From NCBI GenBank assembly GCA_051294905.1, contig CM119372.1, positions 13,332,001 to 13,396,000 on the forward strand: 64,000 bases of DNA, in the 5' to 3' direction. The position numbers were made by a program, and so were the translations under genes. Positions 1 to 12,700 of the stretch are shown piece after piece; the stretch's first letter is position 1, and every line of letters starts with the position of its first letter. This DNA comes from Botryllus schlosseri. Its lineage: Eukaryota. Below the pieces are notes generated by a model. It searched no databases and had not been told where the DNA came from. It worked only from the letters and a program-made list of their open reading frames with translations.

Positions 1-41
1 AATACTTGATACTGTTATTAACGGTAAAGTGCAGTACTGAC

Positions 42-719
42 TGGATGCTTTCCGTTCGTGTAATTTTGAGGTGTGTATACTGACAGACGCAGGCAATCCT
101 CTGTCATTCTTTTGGAAATATTTTTCAGATCCCCAACAAAAGGCGTATAATAGCTCATTTCATCAGCCTCATTCAGATTTTGCATTGGATAGTTTGTCGG
201 ATGTGTACAATCAATGACTCCATTCCAGGGTGAAACTCTGATTGATGGAAGATAAAGTTATTACATATTATTTATCTATGTACTCTGCGGGAATAAATCG
301 GTGTTGCGTAAAACATGAACACCAATATTATTAATCAATAAAGAACGAAGCTACTGATGTGTAGAACTGATTAAAGTAGTCGATAGTTAGTTGGTCGAAG
401 TGGTTGACATAGTAATGGTCAATGGGGACTAATGACAGAACAATATATATACCTAAGACCTACCAGTAGTTGTATGTGCATTGTGCACGCGACCTAGATG
501 AATTGATCTATTGTAGGACTACGCCAAAATAAGGCTGCTAATGTGTACAAGTACATCGTAAATTACTTACGGTTCTGGGGGCATAAACCTTCTAGTTCCT
601 GTTGGCGGTTTCCCATACGGTAAATTCCGGAAAGAAAGAACTTTAGTACCAAGTACCTTGGAGATAAGTCCCGATACTGATCCGTCACTGATGTTTATCA
701 CTGCCTTTGCAGGAATCAT
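42..719 (-). CDS. Type-B carboxylesterase, 5' part (exons 719-571 and 237-42; gene continues off the window's left edge)
   Basis: Manual splice reconstruction gives MIPAKAVINISDGSVSGLISKVLGTKVLSFRNLPYGKPPTGTRRFMPPEP|VSPWNGVIDCT...MTEDCLRLSVYTPQNYTNGKHP. This contains the P(Y/F)xxPPxGxxRFxPP, PWxG and EDCLxLxVYTP motifs. The GT-AG boundaries are phase-compatible. Not present in the ORF track. Confidence 0.88.
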
Positions 720-1595
720 ATTGCAAAATGTCTACAAATATATTGCAGATTTATGAAAAACACTATAAAAGTATCTTGTTAAGCTATCTTTACTAAGTAT
801 CTCGTATTTACAAACAACTCACTTTACTGTGTGACACGAACAAAGCCGAAAAGGGAGTAAATCATTAACACAACACTCGGTTGCAGAAGACTTCTGATTG
901 ATATGTATCTATAGATTACGCTGCAATGATACTTTCTACCGTCTGCACAAAGCGACGAAGTCATTGCCGAAGATCGGCAATCATGATCGCACACATACTG
1001 CATGGTTGAGTAATTTTTGCAGTGTTATGATATTTGGATTGTACTGCTGGCTTTTGTGAGATTCGTTCAGTTATTAGCTTGTTCGACTCCACTGCGTTGA
1101 AAACCGGAGTTACTGAGAATTGAGAAAACTCTCTGTATTAGTGCCATGCAACATCTGAGCATGCATGATGCTCATCAAGTTGCAATGTAGAAGTGCAGAC
1201 TGAATAAACTGAGTGTTGCAAGTTGCAACGACATACTGAACTCTACATTGCTTCATTTCTTCTATTATGTGCGTGTTATTGATGTACGTTGATACAGTAC
1301 TGACGAAGTCCGTGTACCTTGCGTTGTATCGACAATATTCTGTTGTTTGTTCGCTGATTTCCTCTCACTAGTCAATTTTTCGATTAATGTGATGAAATAT
1401 TGTTGATATGTAGCCTATATAATTTCTTATTTATACACATGGCCAGAAACCATCGTGATGAGCAGAGCAATAGTGATCTCCTTTTCATGCAGTGTAATCC
1501 CCATTATAATCTACCTGTATAAAAATGCAATAATAACAAGATCGTTTACTATATTTTGATTAGAACAGAAACGGTTGACAAATTTAGGTGGCGGA

Positions 1596-2795
1596 ATGAA
1601 TTTTGATAAAGATCTGTCGGTGAAAAGGTTTCAAGAGTATCTGCGAATAAAAACTGTCCACCCCGAGCCGGATTATGAATCAGCTGTAAAATTTTTGGTC
1701 AACTATGGCAGAGAATTGGATTTGGAAACTACCTGCCATGAAGTATGTAAAAACTATACAGTTGTGGTGATGAAATACCCTGGAAAAAATCCATCTTTGC
1801 CTTCAATACTGCTAAACTCCCATACCGATGTTGTTCCAGTTTATCCTGAAAAGTGGACACATGATCCCTGGACTGCTGATATTGCAGAATCTGGAGAAAT
1901 TTATGGTAGAGGAACTCAAGATATGAAGTGCGTTGGCATTCAATACTTGGAAGCAATACGAATGCTGAAAAGTAAAAATCAGCAGTTTGAGCGTGACATT
2001 TATATCACTTTCGTTCCGGATGAAGAAATTGGGGGAGTCAAGGGCATGGGGACTTTTGTCGATACCCCAGAATTCAAAGCATTGAACGTTGGATTTGCGT
2101 TGGATGAAGGATTAGCTAATCCAGAAAATAAATATTCGGTTTTCTATGCGGAAAGAGGCGTCTGGTGGGTACGTGTGAAATGCGAAGGGTCACCAGGACA
2201 CGGGTCCAGGTTCATTAAGAATACCGCTGTCGAGAAATTGCAGAAAGTAATGGATTCTTTTCTGAGCTTTAGAAGACAGCAAGAGCAAAGGCTCAAGAAA
2301 AACACTTGCATGCATCTTGGTGATGTGACCTCTGTAAATTTAACCATGTTGAGTGGCGGTGTCCAACCAAATGTAGTTCCGCAAGAGTTTACGGCAACGT
2401 TTGACATCCGCATTCCTCCGACTGTTGACTTATCTGAATTTGGGGACATGGTTGATGGTTGGTGTAAGAATGCTGGATCCAGTGTTACCTATGAATTTCT
2501 GCAAAAGGGAATGAAACAGAGCATTACGTCGACCGACGAGCAAAATCCTTGGTGGGTAACGCTCAAAAGTGTGTTGGAACAGCGCAACGTTGAAGTTGTG
2601 AAGGAGATATTTTCTGCTGCCACCGATGGGCGATTCCTACGAGATGCTGGTTACCCAGTGATTGGCTTCAGCCCTATGCGTAAAACTCCTGTTCTACTAC
2701 ATGACAATGATGAGTTCATCCACAGAGATATCTTCTTGGAGGGAATTGAAGTTTATTCAGAACTGATTCCAGCACTAGCCAATCTTCAATTTTGA
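1596..2795 (+). CDS. ACY1: Aminoacylase-1 (M20A metallopeptidase), intronless CDS
   Basis: ORF 1575-2795 with first ATG at 1596, just after an ATTTAG acceptor-like site. Motifs: FQEYLRIKTVHPEPDY, LLNSHTDVVP, GRGTQDMK, PDEEIGG, LDEGLA, GHGS, ATDGRFLR, GFSPM..TPVLLHDNDE. Confidence 0.95.
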   Translation: MNFDKDLSVKRFQEYLRIKTVHPEPDYESAVKFLVNYGRELDLETTCHEVCKNYTVVVMKYPGKNPSLPSILLNSHTDVVPVYPEKWTHDPWTADIAESGEIYGRGTQDMKCVGIQYLEAIRMLKSKNQQFERDIYITFVPDEEIGGVKGMGTFVDTPEFKALNVGFALDEGLANPENKYSVFYAERGVWWVRVKCEGSPGHGSRFIKNTAVEKLQKVMDSFLSFRRQQEQRLKKNTCMHLGDVTSVNLTMLSGGVQPNVVPQEFTATFDIRIPPTVDLSEFGDMVDGWCKNAGSSVTYEFLQKGMKQSITSTDEQNPWWVTLKSVLEQRNVEVVKEIFSAATDGRFLRDAGYPVIGFSPMRKTPVLLHDNDEFIHRDIFLEGIEVYSELIPALANLQF

Positions 2796-3437
2796 TAAAC
2801 CTCATAAACGTGATTTAAGAAACAAATATAAATTTTCCTCTAATCATTGGTACCGTACATGTGTAGGCCTACATGAATATTTAAGCATGAAGGTAGACTG
2901 ACTTCATTGTATACAAGCCTTCGAGTTCGGTGTTTTGGCTAGGAAACGTCATGGTATTGATATAAGGATGCTGATGTCCTTATATCTCACTGGGTAATTG
3001 CAATTGTGCAGACTAGATTTTGGCATTTCCACTGTATCATTGCTTTCATTCCATGATATAATTATGGTGAATCAATGTAATCTGATGTCTTATGCCAATT
3101 AAATATTTTGTTTTTCTGAAGCACTAGTGATCATATTTTTCAGAGTGTTATCAATAGGGATATTATGTGGTGACTAAATCCTGTTGATTAGGCTTCAGGA
3201 TACTGCGTTAATATCGTTTTCATGTTCCATATATAGGCAATAGCCATGTCTGTGATGTTAATCTGTATTATATCTTGAAGTACAATTTGGACTTATTAAC
3301 AAGTAGAAGTAGCAATTTTCAAGTTGTTCATATTTCAAGTAGAAGTATGAACAGAAGGAATGACTAGTACTGCTGTCACAAGAGATTAAGACAGGGCACC
3401 AGTCTTTTGGAGTTAATCGTCATTGACGCCTTTCAAA

Positions 3438-4096
3438 ATGCCTCTGATTTTGTTTCATCCATGCCACAATCAAACAGTGGAACGACATGTAAAGCTCGTA
3501 ACAGAAGCATCAGCACAAGTTTCGGGATTTGAAAGACGAGATGGCCTCTCAATTGCCACAAAATTAAGTCTCGTAAACTGATGAATAAATTTGACACAAG
3601 AATGCATTTTCAATAAGTCATTAAATGTGAGTGTTTCATTATGATGTTCTGAACCGATTTTAAAAGGACTGTGTTGTGAATAAATTTGTATTATGGGCCC
3701 AATATTCGGTATTGTCAGTGTGTTACTTTTAGATTAAAAAAAAACTGATGACCGATCACAATTCGTCAGAATAAATGCTGAATTTCAACAAAAATGTGCG
3801 TATATATTGTTTTTTGGCTATAACTCATTTTGTGTTCACAATAGAGAAAACTTTCTTCTTAAGACAGATAGAAACATGATGCTTCCGCAGAGTTTGAGCT
3901 ATATATCATGACTCTACGACCAGCGGTTGCCGAGATGGGCCATTTTACCCTCCACACGCAGAAATTGGGGGGTTGCCGGCTGGAAAATGGGGGTAATACC
4001 CTGAAGTCACTTTTTATTGAAGTTTTAGGTCATTTGTCAGGATTGAGGAAGCCCTTTTTTTGATTTGAAAAAAAAAGTCATTTTCACTCCACCCTA
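3438..4096 (+). mobile_element. 3' remnant of a DNA transposon (hAT-related, possibly hATm-like): transposase C-terminal fragment plus right terminus
   Basis: 3438-3600 translates as MPLILFHPCHNQTVERHVKLVTEASAQVSGFERRDG, matching the PCHxQxVERxVKLVTEAS motif I recognise from invertebrate transposases. The element ends in ...CACTCCACCCTA (reverse complement TAGGGTGG). The subfamily name is from recollection. Confidence 0.6.
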
Positions 4097-5642
4097 TTGC
4101 ATAACCAATAACCATATTAATCATGCCGTTTATTGAACTGTGGCCTATTTCCAGGTTCAGGATTGCACGGTAGAGGGTAGAATAGAGACGATAGGTCTCT
4201 ATATAAGGCCATAATGCACTTGCACGCCAATTTTTGCAGCTTGAGCAATAAGTGTGCAATGGTTGGTCACGTTTCGCTGCATTACGTTTGTTATCTTTAC
4301 GAAATAACGCCGCGGACGCGGACGATCGCCGAACTGTAATGTTAATCGATTTGGTCGGTGTCGTCTGCCTATCGCATCTCTATTCGCTAATGACGAATTG
4401 GTGAAAACGGCACGGGGAACTTTACGCTATTATTCTATGCAAGAAACCCTTCTGTCACCAGTGTCACGCGTAACTTATTGCCGAAAACAACCACTGTTTC
4501 CAGTCTAGACTTGCAATAACAATAAGCATACAGTATACATGTATGGAATCGGTGTCATGTGCTCACACTATATATTACTTTATATTAGATTACTTTAACT
4601 TTGAGAATCATAGCTGCTCACCTGATATATCAGGCAAATCGTACCGAGATTCCAGTAGGGACAGTATCTCAGTATACGTGTAAAATTAAACGTAGTCTCG
4701 CGCCCTCGCCGTGTACAATCAGGCCAGTGATTATGGCATACCTGAAAATTGTAGTGCTGACTCATTTAAGTGGGAGGTATTTTAGACTAACAATTCCACT
4801 TCTATCATCATGTCATTAAAATTTTCATCAAATCATAACACCACATGACTGCGATAATGAAAAGATAGGAGAGTGCCATATATCAGCAGTTTTCGAAGCC
4901 AAACTACTTCTACATAAGTTGTATGTGACAGAATGGTTTCTTGCATTGAACAAGTGAACAGAAAGTTGTATGTGACGTTGCCACCATTGCTACGGTGCAC
5001 GGTGCTCTTTGGATATTAGTAATATCATGAGTTTGCACCACTGGCTTGCAATAACTGACTACAATTTCCACATATATGGAACTGTAGTCATTGTGCGTTT
5101 ATCACGAAGGCATATTTTTTATTTTCAATGCTCTTTTGATTGACTAAGAAACCTCAGGTCTGAAGATTAACATCACCTAATTTAAAGACGTAAAAAGTAG
5201 TTGTGAACGAATTGTCTGGAAAATACCCGAGAAATTGATGAAAAAGATTGAACCCTACTTTTCTACCAATCATGTCTTGAAATCGTTGATTCTACTCTAA
5301 AAATCAAACTTACGAATGATGGCAAAAACTTAAATTTGGATTTAAACTTCAGATATGGATTTTGTGCACTCCATCACACCAACCCTTCTTGAATGTCTTG
5401 ATAAATAGACAGGAAATGGAATTTCAGTCATTTCCTTGTATTTCTACATTATTGTTTTGAATCTGGGCCTACTCAAGATCAGATAGCCTGATGCCAGTGC
5501 GCTGTTAATATCTATTGGATAGATTAGATTGTAATATAGTAACTACTTGTACTGATCCATTCAAATTTTGGCAATGTTTTTTCAAGATCAGTGTTTGCGT
5601 TGACGGTGCCTTTTTTCAAGTCCTGACCAAAATTGATATATA

Positions 5643-6698
5643 ATGAGTGATAAGAAGTCAAGGATTTTCTCCGAAGTTCACCAGATTCTCGAAGACTGTG
5701 GATGCCCTTACACCACTGATATCGATAGCACATACCTCGGCGACCTATTGATGGAGCCGGGCGATCACAGACTCCGAATTCTCATGTGGATATTTAGTCA
5801 AATTGACACAAGTGCAGAAAAGGTGATCGGATCCTTGGAGGAGAGAACTATCAGTTTGACAGGTACCATAATTGATAAAAGAGTTCAAGTACTGACGAGT
5901 CTGGCTTCCACGATAGGATTGTGTCGCGCCGTTGACTTGGATCTTATAAGAGGAAAAGCACAAGCCAGTTCTCAATTTTCATTCTGGAGAACGATCACAA
6001 GAATATTGAAATTCTCGAACAAGCACTTCCGCAGCTCATTCATCAATGACTGCCTAATCTTAAACAAAGTGAATGCAACGGACAGCAATGTACCGAAACA
6101 GGTCAGTACAGTCGTGACCAACCTATTACCGCCAAATCTGGATGAGGAAATTAGCAAGATGCAGCTCCCTCGTAAGTCAACGAATATTATTGATCACATT
6201 CAGTCAGAGTTGGAAGAACTATCTAAGTGCCTGGCTACGGACACGTCACGTCTAAATATGCTAAAAGGAGACTCGATGTACACTACCGCGGACGATGAGG
6301 TCGCAGCCAAAAGCGTCGCTCGCAAACTGAATTTGACATTTGCTGACCTCGATCAAATGATCACAACCTTCGAGCAAGTGTTTATCAACAGTTACCTGCC
6401 CTACTGTGATAAAGAGAAGGAAGAATTTGGTAACGTTGGACCCTTGTTTCAAATTGTCATGAAGCAGTTTTCTTATGTCACAAAAACTCTCGATGACCTT
6501 CTTGCTGTTACCGAGTCTCGTGACATCATTGATAAATGCTCAAAAGATTTGGGAAGTATAGGCCTCCTCGCTTCCAAACCATTTCTCTCCGAAGCAACGA
6601 AGCGCCTAGAATCTTTATCATGTGTATTAGAAAAACAGAAATATGACAGTGAGGCGGTCGACTTGAAAAGGTCACCAGTTACGTTAATGACTTTGTAA
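5643..6698 (+). CDS. HAUS7: HAUS augmin-like complex subunit 7, intronless CDS
   Basis: 351-aa ORF. ILEDCGCPY..LLMEPGDHRLRILMWIF and LASTIGLCRAVDLDLIRGKAQASSQFSFW resemble the HAUS7 N-terminal domain (LxxLxCP..LL..P..RL.IL.W; LGLC..D..LI.G.....Q..F). The C-terminus looks coiled-coil. Confidence 0.82.
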   Translation: MSDKKSRIFSEVHQILEDCGCPYTTDIDSTYLGDLLMEPGDHRLRILMWIFSQIDTSAEKVIGSLEERTISLTGTIIDKRVQVLTSLASTIGLCRAVDLDLIRGKAQASSQFSFWRTITRILKFSNKHFRSSFINDCLILNKVNATDSNVPKQVSTVVTNLLPPNLDEEISKMQLPRKSTNIIDHIQSELEELSKCLATDTSRLNMLKGDSMYTTADDEVAAKSVARKLNLTFADLDQMITTFEQVFINSYLPYCDKEKEEFGNVGPLFQIVMKQFSYVTKTLDDLLAVTESRDIIDKCSKDLGSIGLLASKPFLSEATKRLESLSCVLEKQKYDSEAVDLKRSPVTLMTL

Positions 6699-6702
6699 AT
6701 TT

Positions 6703-9700
6703 TCACTCTTGCTTTGAACTTAAAATTTTTGGCAGTAAATCGTCTTCTATTACCGAATTCAACCGTTCGCACACAATTTGTGAAAACAGGAGATGCTCTT
6801 TAAATTTACCGCAGAGCCGAACAAAAGCGATTGCGTGCATGATATGATTATTTTGAAACGAACGAGATGTGCAGAATAGTCGAGTGTAGTTTTCAACGAT
6901 ATCGGCGTACTTGTGCATACAAATGTAGTCCCAGAAATAGGAGGAATGGTCTCCCCTCCGGGTGTCTTGCTCGGTGGCGTTCACGTGATGAGAGGTAACA
7001 TTCTCGTGTTGCAAGATCTCGGACTTGACATAATTTTCCATGAAGAAATTCTTGAAATAGTCCAAAAAAGTAGCTTTCTCGACACGCAGAAGCCACAAGT
7101 CCATTGTCTTTAATAGTTCAAGTTCAAGTTTCTGATTCACGACCGAGCCGGTGTTCGTGGTAGGGCCCGTATTGTCATTAATCTGTAAAGACAATCGGAT
7201 GGGTATCAGAGTACTAAAGATGATGCGTTTAATGAAATGTACCTGCATCTCAGATATCTTTTTGCTCAGATATGGACAGACTCTCATGTCACAACCGTAC
7301 ATTAAATGCACAAGGAACATGCAGCAACAGTGTGATGTATCCATCAGTCTCACGATCCTTTCGTTTGACTCCCTAAATATATATATGATGATGACCGCCA
7401 CTGGATTAGAAATGTCAAAGGAGCATTGTGCGGTCTTATTGCCGCAACAAGAGATCAGAGGAATAATCTTCGGGTCCTCGCTCCTCAATTCGGAATGAGC
7501 ATCCGTACAAACATAGTTAACCAAGGACTCTACATAAAACTAAGAAGTATTTAAATATTAGGATACTGGTTTGTGATATGGCCTATGTTATCTTGTTAGG
7601 ATCATACTGATACCTCATGAACAGAGTGTTACTTGAAATCTTTATAAATGGTGCCACTGCCTGCCACATGATTGAACTGAGGGCATGACCTTGTAGGCTG
7701 CTACATTTTTTACGTTAGTAATCTAGATACTTGGATATCCAAGTCAATTTCTTAATCGAATGTGAGCCATCGGCACATCCGGAAAATGCTTGGTCAGACA
7801 TGAATAAATTTTCAATCACTCTATAGCAGTGGTTCTCAACGTGGGCGATTTGGCGGTCTAGAGGGGTGAAAATAACAAAGGAGGCGATAGGGGAGTGAAA
7901 ACGGACGAAGGGAGCTATGGCGCGTTAAAACGGCTATATTTGAGTCAAGTCGGAGAAATGACCTTTTTTTAGTCAACTCTTGCAAATTTAGCTGTAAAAG
8001 TGTAATTTTGAGGTCGAGCCGAAAAGATGATTTTTTTTAGTCAACTCGCCGGTGATTACAGTTTGCATGCGCATTTTTCGGTTCCCAATATTTGGGAGGG
8101 GGGCGATGATCGGTGTGGAGGTTGAAAATGGGGCGATGAGTCGAAAAAGGTTAGGAACCACTGCTCTATAGTTTATTTCGTTATCATAATAAATGGATCA
8201 CAAGTAAGAGAAACAATGAAAGTCGAAAACTGACCAGCGACCACAAACAATGCAGCATCGTTTACGCAGTTAAACATACCTATATTTCCCAAGAAACATA
8301 GCTTCAAACATCGGCGACTTTGAAACTAACATATCGCTGTGAACTGGTATCGTCTTTTCCTCAATGGATGGCTCACCTTCGTTCCCAATATCCGATGAAT
8401 GCTGAAAAAGTTCAGCGAATTGAAATGTGACCTAAATCAGAATTACAGCAAACAACAAACACACCGTAATGGTTTCCGATGAAATATCTGCATCTGGGAG
8501 CAATTCCTTGTCTGGCACCCGAGATTTGCGTAAGTCCTCGTAATAGCATTTCTTTATACCCCCGAGGTAGCCTTTTCCTGTGTGTTGGTTATGAATTAAA
8601 CCACAGTCACAAAAGTTAAAGGGGCTCTGCACTCTAAAAATGATGTGGTCTCAAATCGAAGGGCAAAACGAAAAAAAATTTTGGCCGCAGCCGTTTTCTT
8701 CAGAACGCCAGCGTAATGGAGCTGCATTGTATTGAAATTTCCACAAACACATCACGCTCCTGCAGTCACGCAGAGATCGAACTTTATATAGTTGTCAGCC
8801 GATGTTATGAAGGAAATATGTCGTACACGACAGAAATAGAATACACTAGGCCCGATTTTGACATAAATCTCCTGACTGAACATCTTCCGTTGAACGCTGT
8901 ATCTAAACCGCCTTGGCGTGTCCGACATATTTCCTTCATAACATCGGCTGACAACTATATAGAGTTCAATCTCTGCGTGACTGCTGGAGCGTAATGTGTT
9001 TGTGGAAATTTCAGTTCATTGCAGCTCCATTACGGTGGCGTTCTGGAGAAAACGGCTGCGGCCAAAATTTTTTTTTCGTTTCGCCCTTCCATTTGAGACC
9101 ACATCATTTTTAGAGTGCAGTGCCCCTTCAATGAACACATCACACCTTTGCGAGATTTTGCATTTGCATCAGTCTCATAACACTTCCCTGGAGAATTTGG
9201 ATCTACTCTTGATGCTAACTTGTGGAAAAGGTATGAGGTAGCGTTGAAGATTTCGGAATCCACATCATCGCTTGATAAGCATTGAAGAATGTGTAAAAGG
9301 AATTTTCGTTTTGCAATAGTTTCTGTGTGTGCGTAGAGTTTTCTGGGAAAATGAAAGCGTGTTTGTTGCGAAGTCAATACTCAAAATCACTGGACATTCC
9401 TACCTCCGGAAATGCCCGGAAACACTGTACAGCTTCTCCGTCTCATCGTACCAAATGGCCAGCAACAGGGTCATCACGGTAGTAGATCTCGAGTCTGGCA
9501 GCTTCCCTGTGTTGAAGCAAACACTGTTTCTAGTGGTAATTGGACGGTCACCAGGGAAAAAGCTTACACTTAGACAAATTGAAATCGATCAAATTGGATC
9601 CGTATGTCGAAGACTGCACAAGCGCTACGTTACGCCACATCGTATCGAGCAAATCTTTCCAATTGATTGATATTTCACGGTTCCCAGTCTCCTGAATTTG

Positions 9701-12700
9701 AAAGATTATGAGAATATGTGGCTTTAGAGCAGTGAGAGGAACGCCGGTTTCGATTAGTAAAAAACTAATTTGAAAATTTGGGCGGAATAGGTTAGAATTG
9801 GGATTCTAAGATTTTTTAAGCTGGATTATGACTTAGACATGAAATTTTTAGTAATTTACTATCTTCTTTAATCTCAACCCCAAAACCATTTGAATTTGAA
9901 AATATTAAACTTGCTTTGTGAGCACCAAAGAAAGTTCCAACTCACTTTGGAATCGAGGTCCGAAGCCGCGTCTTCCTTTCTCGTACAGCAAACAGATGCT
10001 ATTGTCGACACAAGGCAACTCGTGTTATTGAGATTGAAACATTCGGGACAAGACGTCATTTTCTCGACGATTCGTTCGATTCTGAAACAAACGTTCCAAA
10101 TGATTTGGAAAAGTATAAGTGGCTGCAGATAAGAAAATATGATGACAGCAGCATACAGTTTTAGCGAAAAAAAGTTGACTGAATATTCAATGGATCAGAT
10201 TCTATTCAAAGATGAAATAAAAAACGCTGCGTTGCAGTTGCAAATTGATGCCTACGAAACGTTTCTTGTTTTGATAATGATATTACCACCACAGAATTCC
10301 ACAGTGCAAAAATATAGGGTGTCATAATCAGAGATCAAGGTTCACACGCTCAAAATCCAGGGTCTACTCACTTGTTATCCAACGACTTGCAATAACGCAA
10401 GTAAGTAGTAATGGCTTTTACGCAATTATCTTGCTGGCACAGCGAGACGACATAGCTATCCGATACTTCACAGTAATGACAAAGTATCAACAGAACAACC
10501 TGAGTCGGGGTTGGTCGCTCTAAAGTTGCGCTGTCGATTTCTTCGTCGAGATGTCGTTCTCGCGACAGTGTCTTATGAACTAATTCGGTAACTGGGGATG
10601 ATACCGAAATTTGAAGAGTCGCAGACACATCTTTCAGACCAGACGATATGCCTTCAACAGCTTCGGCTTTGTCTAAAAATTTTGAAGGCGTCATAGAATT
10701 TAATGATGGTCAGTAGAGATGATGCTACACAGAGCAAAAACCGCAGCATACGGTACTTTGTGTCTTGCATAGGTTCGTTATACATAGTGTGTTTTTAAGG
10801 AGGAAGGTCGACTGTTTGGCCATGCACGGTCAAGTGAAAGATATATATTTCTAAATGGTGCCATAATTCTTACACTGCTACTGCCCAGTGCCCATCATAT
10901 GCATGATATTCTCTAATGCGCCGAGGGCATATGCATTGTCCTTGTGCAATTGAGCATCAAAATGATGTTTGACAAATTTTATTGTGAATACCTTACATGG
11001 AAATGGATTATGTTTGAAGACTGCTCGGTGTTTTAGCGATTGCAAGTGTGTGATAAAGTCTTGGCATGTTAGACTAATTACATAAACGTTGTAAAGAACA
11101 GTTGACCCACCTGTAGCTGTGATTGCCGACAGTTTCCTCTTTGGTTGCTTTGAAGCTGCCGTACTGGACCCGGCATGCAGCAAAACACTTGATTCATCAC
11201 TAAACACATGAACGTAACGTTGCATAATGTATATTATGAAATGGCAGATAACAGCAGCGTAATGGCCAACCTGCAAGTTTCGTTCACAAATCTTAAGAAA
11301 CTGGGACTGCAATTCCCGGCAATTGCTTGAAGAAAACTCTCTCTAGGTGGCGTTTGAAATGCTTCAACAAAATAATTCTTGAGTAGATAAAAGATAACGC
11401 CCAACAAAAATTTTCTTACCTGTATTGACACCTGAAATTTCTTTGTCTTTGACATCCTCCGTTGAGCGAGATCTAGAGAGAAGATTTAGTTGGTTGTGCG
11501 CCCATGCAATACCCGTTACGATTTGGTGCTATACAATAGTAACACAATGCTATTAACCTGGAGTTGGTCTTTTCACAGTTCTGGCTATTGAGCTTGGCTT
11601 TTTTCAATGGGTTCTGCATTCGTGTATCCGCTTGCTCAACTTCATGCTAAGCGCACAAATAAAAGTTGTTGTGAACGAGTGTCAACGACAATGACGCCAC
11701 AAGGGGGACTGTTATAATTATAGTTATCTTATTTTTTAGGCATGGAATGGCCTAAATAGAGGAGAGCTTGACGTGGGACCTTTTTCTTCTATTTTGTCAT
11801 CGGCTTCTAAAATTTAGGGATACGCGCAACCGCCCACAAAATTAAAGGGTCCGCGCTCAAAAAAGGTGAAGAACCCCTGAACTAGAAGAGAGCTGGAAAT
11901 CCATAACCTATTCAAGGATCCGTGCTTGACATTGTCACCAAATAAAAAGGCCTCTACAGGCTTTTCGGTCCCGAATTTGCTCTGGCAAATTACGCAGAAT
12001 AAACTGATAGAGCACATAGTCTATCAAATTAGGACACGCGCGCTAGATCAGGGGCGGGCAATTATTTTTCTCTGCGGGCCATATGAGAAGCAGAAAATAC
12101 GTTGGTGGGCCAAGTAATAATTTTAGCCATGTATCCTTAAGCATTTTATTTTTATTTTTAAATTGAAAGCAGTGAATTACGCTGTTAGCTAAGAAATGCT
12201 GCACAGTCGCCACAGTGGATGTATTGATATTAGGGAATCAGATAGTGACGGGTGATTAGCAAAACATAGTAGTTATTTGATGTTATATTTCAATACAATG
12301 TTAAACATGATACATTTGGAACTTTCTCTAAACCCTTATCTGCGTTTTTCTATGAAGACATTAAAATGTCTTTGGGATACTATAAAGCTTTTTGTCTTGG
12401 TCGCTGCCTTCCAAGTAGTTTGCAGCTTGGCAAAATAGGCTTGTTGTTGAGCGAAGCTTGCAATTCCTTTGAAATTCGCCCTACGTTGACCGAACTCATG
12501 TCTTCGTGTTTTTGTTATAAGACCGACTTGAATTATACTCCTTAAACGCAACGACCTGCTCGGCACTAACTAGTAAAATGACGGCCGACGGGTTTATCCC
12601 TGACTTTAGTGAGCAAATATTTAGTGCTCAAATCCATCTTTGAATTTCGGCTTTCTTCTTTTGACATGCTCGTTTATCCTTTATCAGTGATGACGACACA

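Noticed and set aside
1575..1595. TTG start given by the ORF track for ACY1
   Set aside because: This is a eukaryotic gene; an acceptor-like TTTAG at 1583-1587 precedes the ATG at 1596.
5290..5460. Faint LINE reverse-transcriptase-like peptide (YGF...LECLDK*T...VISLYF)
   Set aside because: Too short and degraded to support as a feature.
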